From Elusimicrobiota bacterium (GTDB lineage: Bacteria; Elusimicrobiota; Elusimicrobia; UBA1565), in assembly GCA_043827405.1 (NCBI GenBank), contig JBDRPD010000062.1:64001-128000 (forward strand): a stretch of 64,000 nt of DNA, in the 5' to 3' direction. A program made the position numbers and the translations under genes. Position 1 is the stretch's first letter. Each line of letters starts with the position of its first letter. This document shows positions 16,758-26,063 of the stretch, in pieces. The notes below the pieces were generated by a model, which was not told the DNA's origin, ran no database searches, and saw nothing but the letters and a program-made list of their open reading frames with translations.

Positions 16758-19019
16758 TCAGCGTGCGCCGCGGGCTTGCAGCAGAAAGGAATTGTCCGTG
16801 CGAAAGGTCTGTCCGCGCAGCAGCTTGCCCAGCGGGTATTCCGTAATCGGGCGGTCGTCGGTTACCAGGCGGTAGGGGCGTACGTAGGCGCGGGCTTCCG
16901 CCGGCGTTATGCGAAATCCCTCCCGCACCTTTTCTTCGGTCAGCGAAGTGAGAATTCGGGGCTGGACGCGTTCCTTGAGCCGCCGCTCCAGAACACCGGG
17001 GGCCCACGACAATGGTTCCTGCGAGCCGAAATACATCACGCCGGCGCGGATATCCGGATGGCTCCAAACCGCGACATGGGGGAAGACTTCGTACATGCCC
17101 TTAAGGATGTCCCAGTAGTCGTCTTCAAACGAGGGCAGCGGCAGCCACAGGGTGAAGATTCCCTGACGGGTCAGCCGTTGGCGTACCAGCCGCATGAAGT
17201 CCACCGTATAGAGATTGGTCGTCCCCGCGGCAAACAGGGGCGGCGAACCGTCTACCAGGACCAGGTCGTAAGGCTTTCGTGAACGCAGCAGCAGGTTGCG
17301 CCCGTCCATCATGAAGATGCGGGTCTGCGGCCGCTCGTAGATCGGCCGGCGGCCGGGCTGGAACATGCCGATGCGGTCGGCGACCGGCTGCAGGAGCTCG
17401 GCCGCATGGACTTCGCCGCCGAGCAGGGAGGCGGCGACCAAGGTCGTGCCGGCGCCCACCCCGATCAGGAGCGTGCGGCGGGGGTCTTCCCGGAACACGT
17501 TGGGGATGGAGGTCATGAGGGCGCCGTTGATTCCCGTGCCCGAGATTATGATGCCGTTGATCAGGAGGGTGCTTTCGTCGGCAGATGCCACGCCGGTGGC
17601 GGTGCCCGCGGGGGCCTCGTCATGGAACATGACGCGGGGCATCTCGCCTTTCATCCTCTCGAGCCGCCGCATGATGATGTCCAGCGAGCGGTCGCGCCGT
17701 GCCGCAAAGCCGGCAAACAGTACGAGAACGGCGAGCGCCATCGAAGCCGGCCTGAGCAGCGAAGGCTTGTGCCGCAGGAGCGCGGCGGCGCCGATGCCGG
17801 CATTGAGCGCCGCGAGGATCAGGAAGCTCTTATGGGTGCCGAACCGGCCGATCCCCCAGAAGCCGATGACGAGCGAGCCGAGGATGCCCCCGGCCGTGTT
17901 GAAGGCATAGACGCGGCCGATCGTGGTCCCCGCCGTATCGTCGCCCGAGCTTTCCAGGCGGGCCGCGAGCGGAAAAAGGAGTCCCATTACGATCGACGCT
18001 GGAAGGACTATCATCGCGGCGTGCAGCGCCAGCCGGGGCAGGTCCTGGCGCGAGACCAGCGGAGTATAGAGGTACTCCGCCGCCGTCTGGCGCAGGCCGA
18101 GCCAGTCGCACAGCCACAGGCTCAGCAGCGCGGCCGCGGCGAGCAGCAGTTCCAGGCGGCCGAACAGTTCCCAGGCACCCCGCTCCGACGTATTCCGGCG
18201 TGCCGCCAGGGCCGAGCCCAGAGCGGTGCCGCCGAGATAGCAGATCAGCAGGAACCCGAAAGCGTATCCGGATGTGCCCAGCAGCAGAATGAGCCGGCGG
18301 GTCCACAGGACCTCATAGCCCATGGCGCAGAACCCTGAAAGCATGAACAGCAGGCAGGCGGCGGAGGGGGTGGAGATAACGGGCAGCGAAAGGCGGTGCG
18401 GCGTCGGCGGACGAAGGAAGCGCCAGGGGAGCTTTCTGCCCGACATGGAAAACGCCGCTGTCGCCGCCGTCAGGTTGCCGGCCGCAGCGGTCAGCGCGGA
18501 AGCGGTCTCACCCCAATAGGCGATGGTCCAGAAGCTCGCGGCAATGACGCCGAGCATGGCGCCCAGCGTATTCGCGCCGTAGAGGGCTCCGGCGCCGCGG
18601 CGTAGTTCGTCAATTCGCGTGATGCCGTGGCGGCATAGTACCGGCAGCGTCGCGCCGAAGAAGAAGGTCGGCAGGAGCAGTGCCGGCCCGGCCAGGACGA
18701 AGATAATGAGCGTGTCGGCGGCCGGACCCAGGCCCGCGTCCAGGGGAGAGATCGCCGCGACGATGCGCGGCAGGGCGCTCATCCACAGGGTCGCCAGCAG
18801 CGCGGCGGCGGCTCCCGCTGTTTCCAGCAGCGCGTAGACGCCGAGCCAGTCCGTCTCGCGGCGGGTCCAGCGTGAGGCGGCGAGCGCGCCCAAAACGAGC
18901 CCGCCGAAGTAGAGGGCGATAAGAAAGCTGACCGCGTGGATGGTGACGCCGAAGGCGCGGCTGAGCATCCGCAGCCACACTATCTCGTAGATCAGGGAGG
19001 CGGCTCCCGATAAGGCCAT
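16758..19019 (-). CDS. Fused MFS-like membrane/spermidine synthase-family protein
   Basis: Two SG...YE.VW repeats, LYGANTLG and VYAFNTAG, many TM segments; C-terminal SAM-type LLIGVGAGTT, DGRN, YDLVLVD, NLYT.DF. Confidence 0.85.
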   Translation of the reverse strand: MALSGAASLIYEIVWLRMLSRAFGVTIHAVSFLIALYFGGLVLGALAASRWTRRETDWLGVYALLETAGAAAALLATLWMSALPRIVAAISPLDAGLGPAADTLIIFVLAGPALLLPTFFFGATLPVLCRHGITRIDELRRGAGALYGANTLGAMLGVIAASFWTIAYWGETASALTAAAGNLTAATAAFSMSGRKLPWRFLRPPTPHRLSLPVISTPSAACLLFMLSGFCAMGYEVLWTRRLILLLGTSGYAFGFLLICYLGGTALGSALAARRNTSERGAWELFGRLELLLAAAALLSLWLCDWLGLRQTAAEYLYTPLVSRQDLPRLALHAAMIVLPASIVMGLLFPLAARLESSGDDTAGTTIGRVYAFNTAGGILGSLVIGFWGIGRFGTHKSFLILAALNAGIGAAALLRHKPSLLRPASMALAVLVLFAGFAARRDRSLDIIMRRLERMKGEMPRVMFHDEAPAGTATGVASADESTLLINGIIISGTGINGALMTSIPNVFREDPRRTLLIGVGAGTTLVAASLLGGEVHAAELLQPVADRIGMFQPGRRPIYERPQTRIFMMDGRNLLLRSRKPYDLVLVDGSPPLFAAGTTNLYTVDFMRLVRQRLTRQGIFTLWLPLPSFEDDYWDILKGMYEVFPHVAVWSHPDIRAGVMYFGSQEPLSWAPGVLERRLKERVQPRILTSLTEEKVREGFRITPAEARAYVRPYRLVTDDRPITEYPLGKLLRGQTFRTDNSFLLQARGAR

Positions 19020-19063
19020 CAGGGAGCATAAAAACGCCAGGCTCTTGGCGGCGGGACGCTTTA

Positions 19064-19681
19064 CTATTTTTTGCGACCCCGCTGCTGCATCCTTTCGCCC
19101 CGGCGGTCCATGCGCTCGCCCTTGTCGTCCAGGCGCTCGCCCTGACGCTGCATTCTCTTGCCCTTGCGCTCGAGCTTGCCGCCGGCGCGTTCGCGGCCAT
19201 GCTTCTGCATGCGCTCGCCCTTGCGCTCCAGGCGCTCGCCCCGCCGCTCGCGCTTCTCGCCCTTGCGTTCCAGGCGCTCGCCCCGGCGCTCACGCTTCTC
19301 TCCGCGCTTCTCAAGGCCCTTGCCGTGCCCGCGCGGGCCTTCGCCCGCCTGCTCCTGCCGCCGCTCTCCGCGCTTCTGCATGCGCTCGCCCTGGCGGTCC
19401 AGGCGTTCGCCTTTGCGCTCCAGTTTGTCCGCTTTACGCTCGAGCTTGTCGGCGGCGCGGTCCTTGCCGTGCTTTTCCAGACGGTCGGCCTTGCGCTCGA
19501 GCTGTTCTCCCTTGCGCTCGAGCTTCTCGCCCCGGCGTTCGCGGCGCTCGCCGCGGCCCGGCCCGGCCTCCGGGCTCTCGCTGGCGGCGGCGGGAGCTTC
19601 CAGGTCTTCTTCGGCCCGGACGTCTACGGTCAAGGTGAGGGCAAGGCATGCGGCGGTGAGCAGGAACAGGCTGGTCTTCAT
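19064..19681 (-). CDS. Secreted low-complexity charged repeat protein
   Basis: Signal peptide MKTSLFLLTAACLALTLTVDVRA, RBS GAGGAG, then 7-aa repeats of ERKGE(K/R)(L/M/R) type. Confidence 0.8.
   Translation of the reverse strand: MKTSLFLLTAACLALTLTVDVRAEEDLEAPAAASESPEAGPGRGERRERRGEKLERKGEQLERKADRLEKHGKDRAADKLERKADKLERKGERLDRQGERMQKRGERRQEQAGEGPRGHGKGLEKRGEKRERRGERLERKGEKRERRGERLERKGERMQKHGRERAGGKLERKGKRMQRQGERLDDKGERMDRRGERMQQRGRKK
19076..19550. repeat. Degenerate 21-nt coding tandem repeats
   Basis: Recurrent units such as GCGCTCGCCCTTGCGCTCCAG and GCGCTCGCCCCGGCGCTC; boundaries approximate. Confidence 0.7.
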
Positions 19682-19848
19682 GGCGGTCTCCTCAGAAATT
19701 GCGTTTATGATTCGGCTCCGCAGGCCAAGGGTGTAGCAGACGGATTATACCTCATTATCCGTCGTCGTCATCGGCGAAACCTTGTGCTTGACGGCTTCAA
19801 CTTTGCTAACCTGTTTTTACACTTTAATTGACCAACTAGGAGGACGTT

Positions 19849-20229
19849 ATGGGGAGCAAGACGAAGTCGTATATCGGCGCCGGCGTGAGCCTTGTGGCCG
19901 TCGCGGCCGGGGGCTATTTCCTCTACGGGAAGGACGGCCAGAAAAACCGCGACAAGATCAAGGGCTGGGCCCTGAAGGCCAAGGGCGAAATGCTCGAGCA
20001 TATCGAGAAGCTCAAGCAGGTCAACCAGAAGGCCTACAACGATGTCGTCGACCGCGTTGCGAAGCGCTACAAGAAGTTCAAGCAGGTCGACAAGAAGGAA
20101 CTGCAGCGTCTGGTCAAGGAGAGCAAGGGCTTCTGGAACAGCATCGCCAAGAAGGTTCCTGAGACCGAGGCCAAGATCGCCCGGGTCAACAACCGGCGCA
20201 AAAAGGCCGCGCCGCGCCCGAAGAAGTAG
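19849..20229 (+). CDS. Hypothetical membrane-anchored Lys-rich protein (YtxH-like topology)
   Basis: RBS AGGAGG; N-terminal hydrophobic IGAGVSLVAVAAGGYFLYG followed by a charged helical domain. Confidence 0.75.
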   Translation: MGSKTKSYIGAGVSLVAVAAGGYFLYGKDGQKNRDKIKGWALKAKGEMLEHIEKLKQVNQKAYNDVVDRVAKRYKKFKQVDKKELQRLVKESKGFWNSIAKKVPETEAKIARVNNRRKKAAPRPKK

Positions 20230-20251
20230 TTTTTCGCAGCCGCAGACACCG

Positions 20252-20290
20252 CAAGCAGCCGCCCGGCAGTACCGGGCGGCTGTTTGTTTG
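20252..20290. terminator. Terminator hairpin between convergent genes
   Basis: CAAGCAGCCGCCCGG-CAGTA-CCGGGCGGCTGTTTG followed by TTTG. Confidence 0.75.
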
Positions 20291-20315
20291 CGCGAGTGGG
20301 GGCAAACGCCGGGTC

Positions 20316-20654
20316 TTACTTCTTCCGGGGGACTTCGATGACGCAGCGGTTCTCGAGCGACCGGCTGGTGCGATTGCCGCCGTTGCGGGCGCGGGCCACG
20401 ATGCGGACCTTGCCCGGTTTCTCCGGCTTCCAGTCGTACCAGTAGTAGCCTGCCGCGGCGCGGCACTTGCTCCAGCCTTTTCCGTTGAACGCGACTTCCA
20501 CGTCGTGGCCGGCGCTCGCGCCGATGCGGATCGTATAGTCGCCGGGACGGATTACTTCTCCGTCCTGGGGGTAGTCGATGAATACCGTGCGGGCATGCGG
20601 CTTTGCGGGCGTCTTCTTCGCGGGCGTCTTATTGTTGGTCGTCTTTCCTGCCAT
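20316..20654 (-). CDS. Hypothetical protein (small Ig-like beta domain with Lys-rich N-tail)
   Basis: RBS GGAGAG before ATG 20654; IDYPQDGEVI..YTIRIGA..VEVAFNG.GW..CR.AAGYYWYDW..IVARAR. Confidence 0.7.
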   Translation of the reverse strand: MAGKTTNNKTPAKKTPAKPHARTVFIDYPQDGEVIRPGDYTIRIGASAGHDVEVAFNGKGWSKCRAAAGYYWYDWKPEKPGKVRIVARARNGGNRTSRSLENRCVIEVPRKK

Positions 20655-20795
20655 ACTCTCTCCATGGTTTGACATTCCCGGGGGGATGTCGAGTGCGCGC
20701 CCATTATACATGAAGCCGTCGACGGAAACCTTGATTTAGATCAACGACGGCGCGGGGGGGTTCCCGCCCCGCATTGTAAAAGATAGAATTGCGCC

Positions 20796-22163
20796 ATGCC
20801 CGATCAGCATGAATGCCGTTATCCGAACGGCAATGTTCTCTACCGGAGGCTGAAAAAGACCTATCCCCGGATCGTCCGGGGCGAGGGGATCATGCTCTAC
20901 GACGCGGAGGGCAAGGAGTATATTGACGCCTGCTCGGGAGCGTACGTCACCAATATCGGTCATGGCGTGCGCGAGGTCGCCGACGCGCTGTCGGCACAGG
21001 CTCGCCGCTTCGCCTACGTCAACGGTACGGCTTTCACCCACGACGCGGCCGAAGAAGCCGCGTATGAGCTCGCCAAACGCTGTCCGCATGGTCTCGACAA
21101 GGTCTTCCTGCTGCTCAGCGGCTCCGATGCCGTGGAGGCGGCGCTCAAGACCGCCCGCCAGTACTGGGCCGCGCTGGGCAAGCCCGAGAAGAAGAAGCTC
21201 TTTGCCCTGACGCCGAGTTATCACGGCAGCGGCCTGTTGGCGCTGTCCGTTTCCGGCCGGCCGGAGTATCAGAAGACCTACCAGGACTGGATCGTGGATG
21301 TGGTGCGGGGCCCGGCGCCGTATCCCTACCGCTGCCTGTGCCGCGGCAAGGATCCGGTCTGCCCCTCCTGCACGGGCACCGGCATCGAAAAAAGGATTCT
21401 GGAGGAAGGGCCGGAAAAAGTCGCCGCGATCATCATCGAGCCGATCGGGGGCTCCTCGACCGGCTGTTCCGTGCCCCGTCTTGAGTTCCTGCGCAACCTG
21501 CGCGCTTTCTGCGACAAGTACGACGTGCTGTTGATCGCCGACGAGGTGCTGACCGGCGCCGGACGCACCGGGACCTGGTCGGCGCTCGAGCACTACGGCG
21601 TGGTCGCCGACCTGCTGGTCTTCGGCAAAGGCATTACCGGCGGCTATGCGCCGCTCTCGGCGCTGGTGACTTCGGAAAAGATCGCCGACGTCTTCGCGCG
21701 CAGCAGCGGCAGCCTGCCGCATAATCAGACTTTCTCGCACTTCTCCGTCTCCTGCGCCGCCTGCGTCGCGGCGCTGGCGTACCTCAAGGAGCATGGGCTC
21801 ATCGAGCGCTGCGCACGGATGGGAGAGAAGCTGCAGGAAAAGCTGCAGATCCTGCGCGAGCACCCGAATGTCGGCGACGTTCGCGGCAAGGGCTTGCTGG
21901 CGGGCGTGGAGTTCGTGGAAGACCGGGAGTCCCGGATGCCGTTCGAGCGGCGGCGGCGCTGCGCGGAAACGTTCGCGCAGCTGGCGCAGGATATGGGGCT
22001 GGTGGTCTGGCCGAACTACGGACAGGCGGACGGGGTCAACGGGGACCTCGCGATGCTGGCGCCGCCGTTTACGGTCACGGAGAGCGAGCTCGACCGCATC
22101 ATCGATTTATTCCGGGGCGCGCTCAAAGCGACGCTTAATTCCATGCGCAAGGACGCGGCATAG
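20796..22163 (+). CDS. Class III PLP aminotransferase, YodT-like (candidate beta-amino-acid transaminase)
   Basis: YIDACSGA..TNIGHG, SGSDAVEAALK.ARQYW, SYHG, IADEVLTG.GRTG, FGKG (PLP Lys), GD...LAPPF. Resembles B. subtilis YodT as recalled. Confidence 0.85.
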   Translation: MPDQHECRYPNGNVLYRRLKKTYPRIVRGEGIMLYDAEGKEYIDACSGAYVTNIGHGVREVADALSAQARRFAYVNGTAFTHDAAEEAAYELAKRCPHGLDKVFLLLSGSDAVEAALKTARQYWAALGKPEKKKLFALTPSYHGSGLLALSVSGRPEYQKTYQDWIVDVVRGPAPYPYRCLCRGKDPVCPSCTGTGIEKRILEEGPEKVAAIIIEPIGGSSTGCSVPRLEFLRNLRAFCDKYDVLLIADEVLTGAGRTGTWSALEHYGVVADLLVFGKGITGGYAPLSALVTSEKIADVFARSSGSLPHNQTFSHFSVSCAACVAALAYLKEHGLIERCARMGEKLQEKLQILREHPNVGDVRGKGLLAGVEFVEDRESRMPFERRRRCAETFAQLAQDMGLVVWPNYGQADGVNGDLAMLAPPFTVTESELDRIIDLFRGALKATLNSMRKDAA

Positions 22164-22181
22164 TCCGCGGCGGAGGTTTTT

Positions 22182-23762
22182 ATGGCGACGGCAGCGAAGA
22201 CGGACAAAATCACCTATACGTCGGCGAATGTCGACATGACGGAGTTCCATTTACAATTCGATAAAGCGCTGGCGAAGCTCCGCGCCGAGGCCGGCAGGAG
22301 CTACCCGCTTTATATCGGCGGCCGGGCGGTGGAAACGAAGAACGAGCCCGTGGTCGACGTTTCGCCGATCGATACTTCGCTGGTTCTCGGCCGGTTCGCC
22401 AGCGCCGGCCACGACGAGGTGGACGCCGCGATCAGAAACGCCTACGGCGTGCGCAAGGAGTGGGAGCATACGCCCTGGCCGGAGCGCGTCAAGATTATGC
22501 GCCAGGCGGCGGCGCTGGTGCGCGAGCGCAAGTATGAGCTGGCCGCCCTCATGGGGCTTGAGGTCGGCAAGAATCGGATGGAGTGCATCGGCGACGCCGA
22601 GGAGTCGGCCGACCTCATCGATTACTACGCCCAGCAGATGGAAGACCACAAGGGCTACATCCAGGAGCTCAATAAGATTACGCCGATCGAAACCAATACC
22701 GATATCCTGCGGCCCTTCGGCGTCTTCGTCTGCGTCGCGCCCTTTAACTTCCCGCTGGCGCTGTCCTGCGGCATGTCGTCCGCCTGTCTGGTGGCCGGCA
22801 ACGTCATCGTCTATAAGCCGTCAAAGGATACGCCATGGACGGGCCTGAAGCTCTACGAGATCTACCGCGACGCCGGCGTCCCCGCGGGCGCCTTTAACTT
22901 CATAACCGGCCGGGGCGCGGATATGGGCGATTCGCTGTGGCGGCATCCGCTGGTCGGCGGCATCGTTTTCACCGGCTCCAAGCAGGTCGGCATGCATATG
23001 TACCGGGAGTTCAGCAGCCGGTGGGTGAAGCCCTGCATGCTCGAGCTGGGCGGCAAGAACGCGACCGTGGTCATGGACTCGGCGGATCTCGACGCCGCGG
23101 CGGAGGGCATTATGAAGTCGGCCTGGGGGCTGCAGAACCAGAAGTGCAGCGCCTGCTCCCGGGTTTACGCCCACAAGAGCGTGGTGCAGGAGCTCACCGC
23201 CAAGATCATTGAGAGAACCCGGGCGATCAAGATGGGGGATCCGACGGAGAAGGACGTCTACTTCGGCCCCGTCATCAACGGCAGCTCGATCAAAAAGTAC
23301 GAGCAGGCCGTGGCGCAGGCCAAAAAGGACGGGGAGATTCTTATCGGCGGCGAGCGCCTTAAGGGCGGCGTCTTCGATAAAGGCAATTTCCTCGCGCCGA
23401 CCATCGCCCGGCTTCCGCTGTCGAGCTCGCTGTTCATGGAGGAGCTGTTTGTGCCTTTTCTGGCTATCGGCGAGGTCGAGACGCTGGATCAGGCGCTCGA
23501 AGAATGCAATAAGGCCGAGTACGGCCTGACCTCCGGCATCTTCTCCAAGAACAAGGAGGAGGTCGAGCACTTCTTCGACATGATCGAGACCGGTGTGACC
23601 TATGCCAATAAGCGCACGGGGGCCACTACCGGCGCCTGGCCGGGCGCCCAGGCCTTCTGCGGCTGGAAGGGCTCGGGCTCGACCGGCAAGGGGGGGTGCG
23701 GCCCCTACTACGTCGCGCAGTTCATGCGCGAGCAATGCCGTACGGTTATCGAGGAGGTGTGA
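22182..23762 (+). CDS. Aldehyde dehydrogenase, 1-pyrroline-5-carboxylate dehydrogenase (RocA/PutA)-like
   Basis: PFNFPLA, FTGS..VG, LELGGKN (Glu), QKCSACSR (Cys), EYGLT, TGA..G.Q.F.GWKGSGSTGKGG.GP.Y..QF; RBS GGAGG. Confidence 0.88.
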   Translation: MATAAKTDKITYTSANVDMTEFHLQFDKALAKLRAEAGRSYPLYIGGRAVETKNEPVVDVSPIDTSLVLGRFASAGHDEVDAAIRNAYGVRKEWEHTPWPERVKIMRQAAALVRERKYELAALMGLEVGKNRMECIGDAEESADLIDYYAQQMEDHKGYIQELNKITPIETNTDILRPFGVFVCVAPFNFPLALSCGMSSACLVAGNVIVYKPSKDTPWTGLKLYEIYRDAGVPAGAFNFITGRGADMGDSLWRHPLVGGIVFTGSKQVGMHMYREFSSRWVKPCMLELGGKNATVVMDSADLDAAAEGIMKSAWGLQNQKCSACSRVYAHKSVVQELTAKIIERTRAIKMGDPTEKDVYFGPVINGSSIKKYEQAVAQAKKDGEILIGGERLKGGVFDKGNFLAPTIARLPLSSSLFMEELFVPFLAIGEVETLDQALEECNKAEYGLTSGIFSKNKEEVEHFFDMIETGVTYANKRTGATTGAWPGAQAFCGWKGSGSTGKGGCGPYYVAQFMREQCRTVIEEV

Positions 23763-23763
23763 G

Positions 23764-25158
23764 ATGAAAACTAAAAAGAAGCCCCGGGCGAAGAAGAAAA
23801 CCGGGCTGAAGCGGCCCGCGGCGTCCGCGCGCCGGGACTATCCCCGCATCGTCACGCCGCCTCCGGGTCCCAAGGCCCGGCAAATCATCGATATCGACGA
23901 TCGCTATTCCTCGACGAGCTATATGAAAATCTACCCGCTCGTCGTCTCGCACGGCGAAGGCTCGATGGTCGAGGACGTCGACGGCAACCGCTACATCGAC
24001 TTCATGGCGGGCATCGCCGTGGCCACCACCGGCTATGCCCATCCCAAGGTCGTCGCCGCGGTGCGCGAGGCGGCCGGCAAGTTCTTCAGCATGTGCTCGA
24101 CCGACTGGTACTACGAGAGCTTCGCGAAGCTGTGCGAGCGGCTCGCTCATCTCGCGCCCGGCGACAATAAGAAGCGTGTTTTCCTGACCAACTCGGGCGC
24201 CGAGGCGGTCGAGGGAGCGATCAAGCTGGCGCGCAACTCGACCAAGCGGACGGCCCTGATCGCCTTTCGCCGCGCTTTCCACGGCCGCACCTACGGCGCC
24301 ATGAGCCTGACCTCGAGCAAGGTCGTGCAGCGCGCCTTCTTCATGCCGATGCTGCCGGGGGTGTATCACACCGACTACCCGGACCCGTACCGCGTTGTCT
24401 ACGACCGCCGGCGCTTCAAGAACGTCTCGGAGTACTGCATCTGGCAGATTCATGAGGACCTGTTCCAGCGCCATGTGCTGCCGGAGAACGTGGCGGCCAT
24501 CTTCATCGAGCCCATGCTCGGAGAGGGCGGCTATGTGCTTCCCCCTAAGGAGTTCCTGGTCAGCCTGCGCAAGCTGTGCGACGAGTTCGGCATCCTGCTG
24601 GTCTTCGATGAGATTCAGTCCGGCGCCGGGCGCACCGGCCATATGTGGGCCGCCGACTACTACGGGGTCGAGCCGGACGTCCTGCTGACGGCCAAGGGGA
24701 TCGCTTCGGGCATGCCCATCGGAGCGATCATCGCCAAGGAGTCGGTCATGAAGTGGAAGCCGGGTTCGCACGGCTCGACTTTCGGCGGCAACCCCGTCTG
24801 CTGCGCGGCGGCGCTCGCGACGCTCGATCTGCTCGAAGGCGGGCTGATGGAGAACGCGCGCCGGATGGGCGCGCGGTTGATGAAGGGGCTGGAGCGGCTG
24901 AAGAACAAGTTCACGATCATCGGCGACGTACGCGGCACCGGGCTCTTCATCGGCGTCGAGTTCGTCAAGAGCCGGCGTACCAAGGAGCCCGCGAAGTCCT
25001 TCGTCAACGAGCTCTACATGCGCGCTTTCCACAAAGGCCTGCTGCTGCTGCCCTGCGGCGAGAGCGTGGTGCGCATCGCCCCGCCGCTGAACATCAGCGA
25101 GTATGATGTGGACAAGGGGCTCGAGATCCTCGAGAAATGTCTCGACGAGCTGACGTGA
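23764..25158 (+). CDS. Class III PLP omega-aminotransferase (GabT/ornithine-lysine omega-AT-like)
   Basis: PPGPKA, DVDGNRYIDF.AGIAV, NSGAEAVEGAIK, FHGRT.GAMSLT.SK, GEGGY, DEIQSG.GRTG, TAKG. Start ATG 23764. Confidence 0.88.
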   Translation: MKTKKKPRAKKKTGLKRPAASARRDYPRIVTPPPGPKARQIIDIDDRYSSTSYMKIYPLVVSHGEGSMVEDVDGNRYIDFMAGIAVATTGYAHPKVVAAVREAAGKFFSMCSTDWYYESFAKLCERLAHLAPGDNKKRVFLTNSGAEAVEGAIKLARNSTKRTALIAFRRAFHGRTYGAMSLTSSKVVQRAFFMPMLPGVYHTDYPDPYRVVYDRRRFKNVSEYCIWQIHEDLFQRHVLPENVAAIFIEPMLGEGGYVLPPKEFLVSLRKLCDEFGILLVFDEIQSGAGRTGHMWAADYYGVEPDVLLTAKGIASGMPIGAIIAKESVMKWKPGSHGSTFGGNPVCCAAALATLDLLEGGLMENARRMGARLMKGLERLKNKFTIIGDVRGTGLFIGVEFVKSRRTKEPAKSFVNELYMRAFHKGLLLLPCGESVVRIAPPLNISEYDVDKGLEILEKCLDELT

Positions 25159-26063
25159 CGGGCAAGGTCGTCTCAATGCGGGAGGCCGTGGCCTCCTGCG
25201 TGCAGGACGGCGCGACGGTCGTCATCGAGGGGTTCACGCACCTCATCTGCTTCGCGGCGGCGCACGAGATCATCCGGCAGGGGCGGCGGGACCTGACCGT
25301 CTGCCGCCTGACGCCGGACCTCATCTACGACCAGTTGATCGGCGCGGGCTGCGTGAAGAAGCTGGTCTTCTCCTGGGCCGGCAATCCCGGCGCCGGCTCG
25401 CTGCATGCCTTCCGCCGGGCGCTGGAGGGCAAATCCGATAAGCCTCTCGAGATCGAGGAGTACTCGCACTTCGGCATGGTCGCGCGCTTTCAGGCCGGTG
25501 CGGCCAACCTGCCGTTCTGGCCGCTGCGCAACTTTATGGGCACCGATCTCCCCGTCGTCAACGACCGCATCAAGAGCGTGACCTGCCCGTTTACCGGCGA
25601 GGTCCTCGCCGCGGTGCCGGCGCTCAACCCCGACGTGACCATCATCCACGCCCAGCGCGCCGACAAAAACGGGAACGCGCAGGTCTGGGGGCTGCTGGGG
25701 GTGCAGAAAGAAGCGGCCTTCGCCTCCAAGAAGGTGATCGTGGTCGTCGAGGAACTGGTTGACGAGCAGGTCGTGCGCTCCGATCCGAACCGGACCTTGA
25801 TCCCGGGCGCCATCGTCAGCGCCGTGGTCGTTGAGCCTTTCGGCGCCCATCCTTCCTTCGCCCAAGGCTACTACGACCGCGACAACGCCTTCTACCTGTC
25901 GTGGGAGAAGATCGCGCGCGACCCCAAGGACTTCGCCAAGTACCTCGACGAGTTCGTCATGGGCGTCAGCGGCCGGGCCGAGTACATGGAAAAGCAGGAA
26001 GGGCTCGCCGCGCGGCTCAAGGCGGATCAGCGCGTCTGCGCCGGGGTGAACTATGGCTTCTGA
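25155..26063 (+). CDS. Family I CoA-transferase subunit A, CatI/PcaI (3-oxoadipate)/GctA type
   Basis: EGFTHLI.FAA.HEIIRQG, TPDLIYDQLIGAGC..KL.FSW.GNPG.GSLH, CPFTGE.LAAVP, HAQRAD..GN, HPS.A.GYY.RDN.FY. GTGA overlap with the upstream gene. Confidence 0.9.
   Translation: MTGKVVSMREAVASCVQDGATVVIEGFTHLICFAAAHEIIRQGRRDLTVCRLTPDLIYDQLIGAGCVKKLVFSWAGNPGAGSLHAFRRALEGKSDKPLEIEEYSHFGMVARFQAGAANLPFWPLRNFMGTDLPVVNDRIKSVTCPFTGEVLAAVPALNPDVTIIHAQRADKNGNAQVWGLLGVQKEAAFASKKVIVVVEELVDEQVVRSDPNRTLIPGAIVSAVVVEPFGAHPSFAQGYYDRDNAFYLSWEKIARDPKDFAKYLDEFVMGVSGRAEYMEKQEGLAARLKADQRVCAGVNYGF

Noticed and set aside
19076..19550. CRISPR array
   Set aside because: Repeats are degenerate 21-nt in-frame coding units with no unique spacers, and there are no cas genes.
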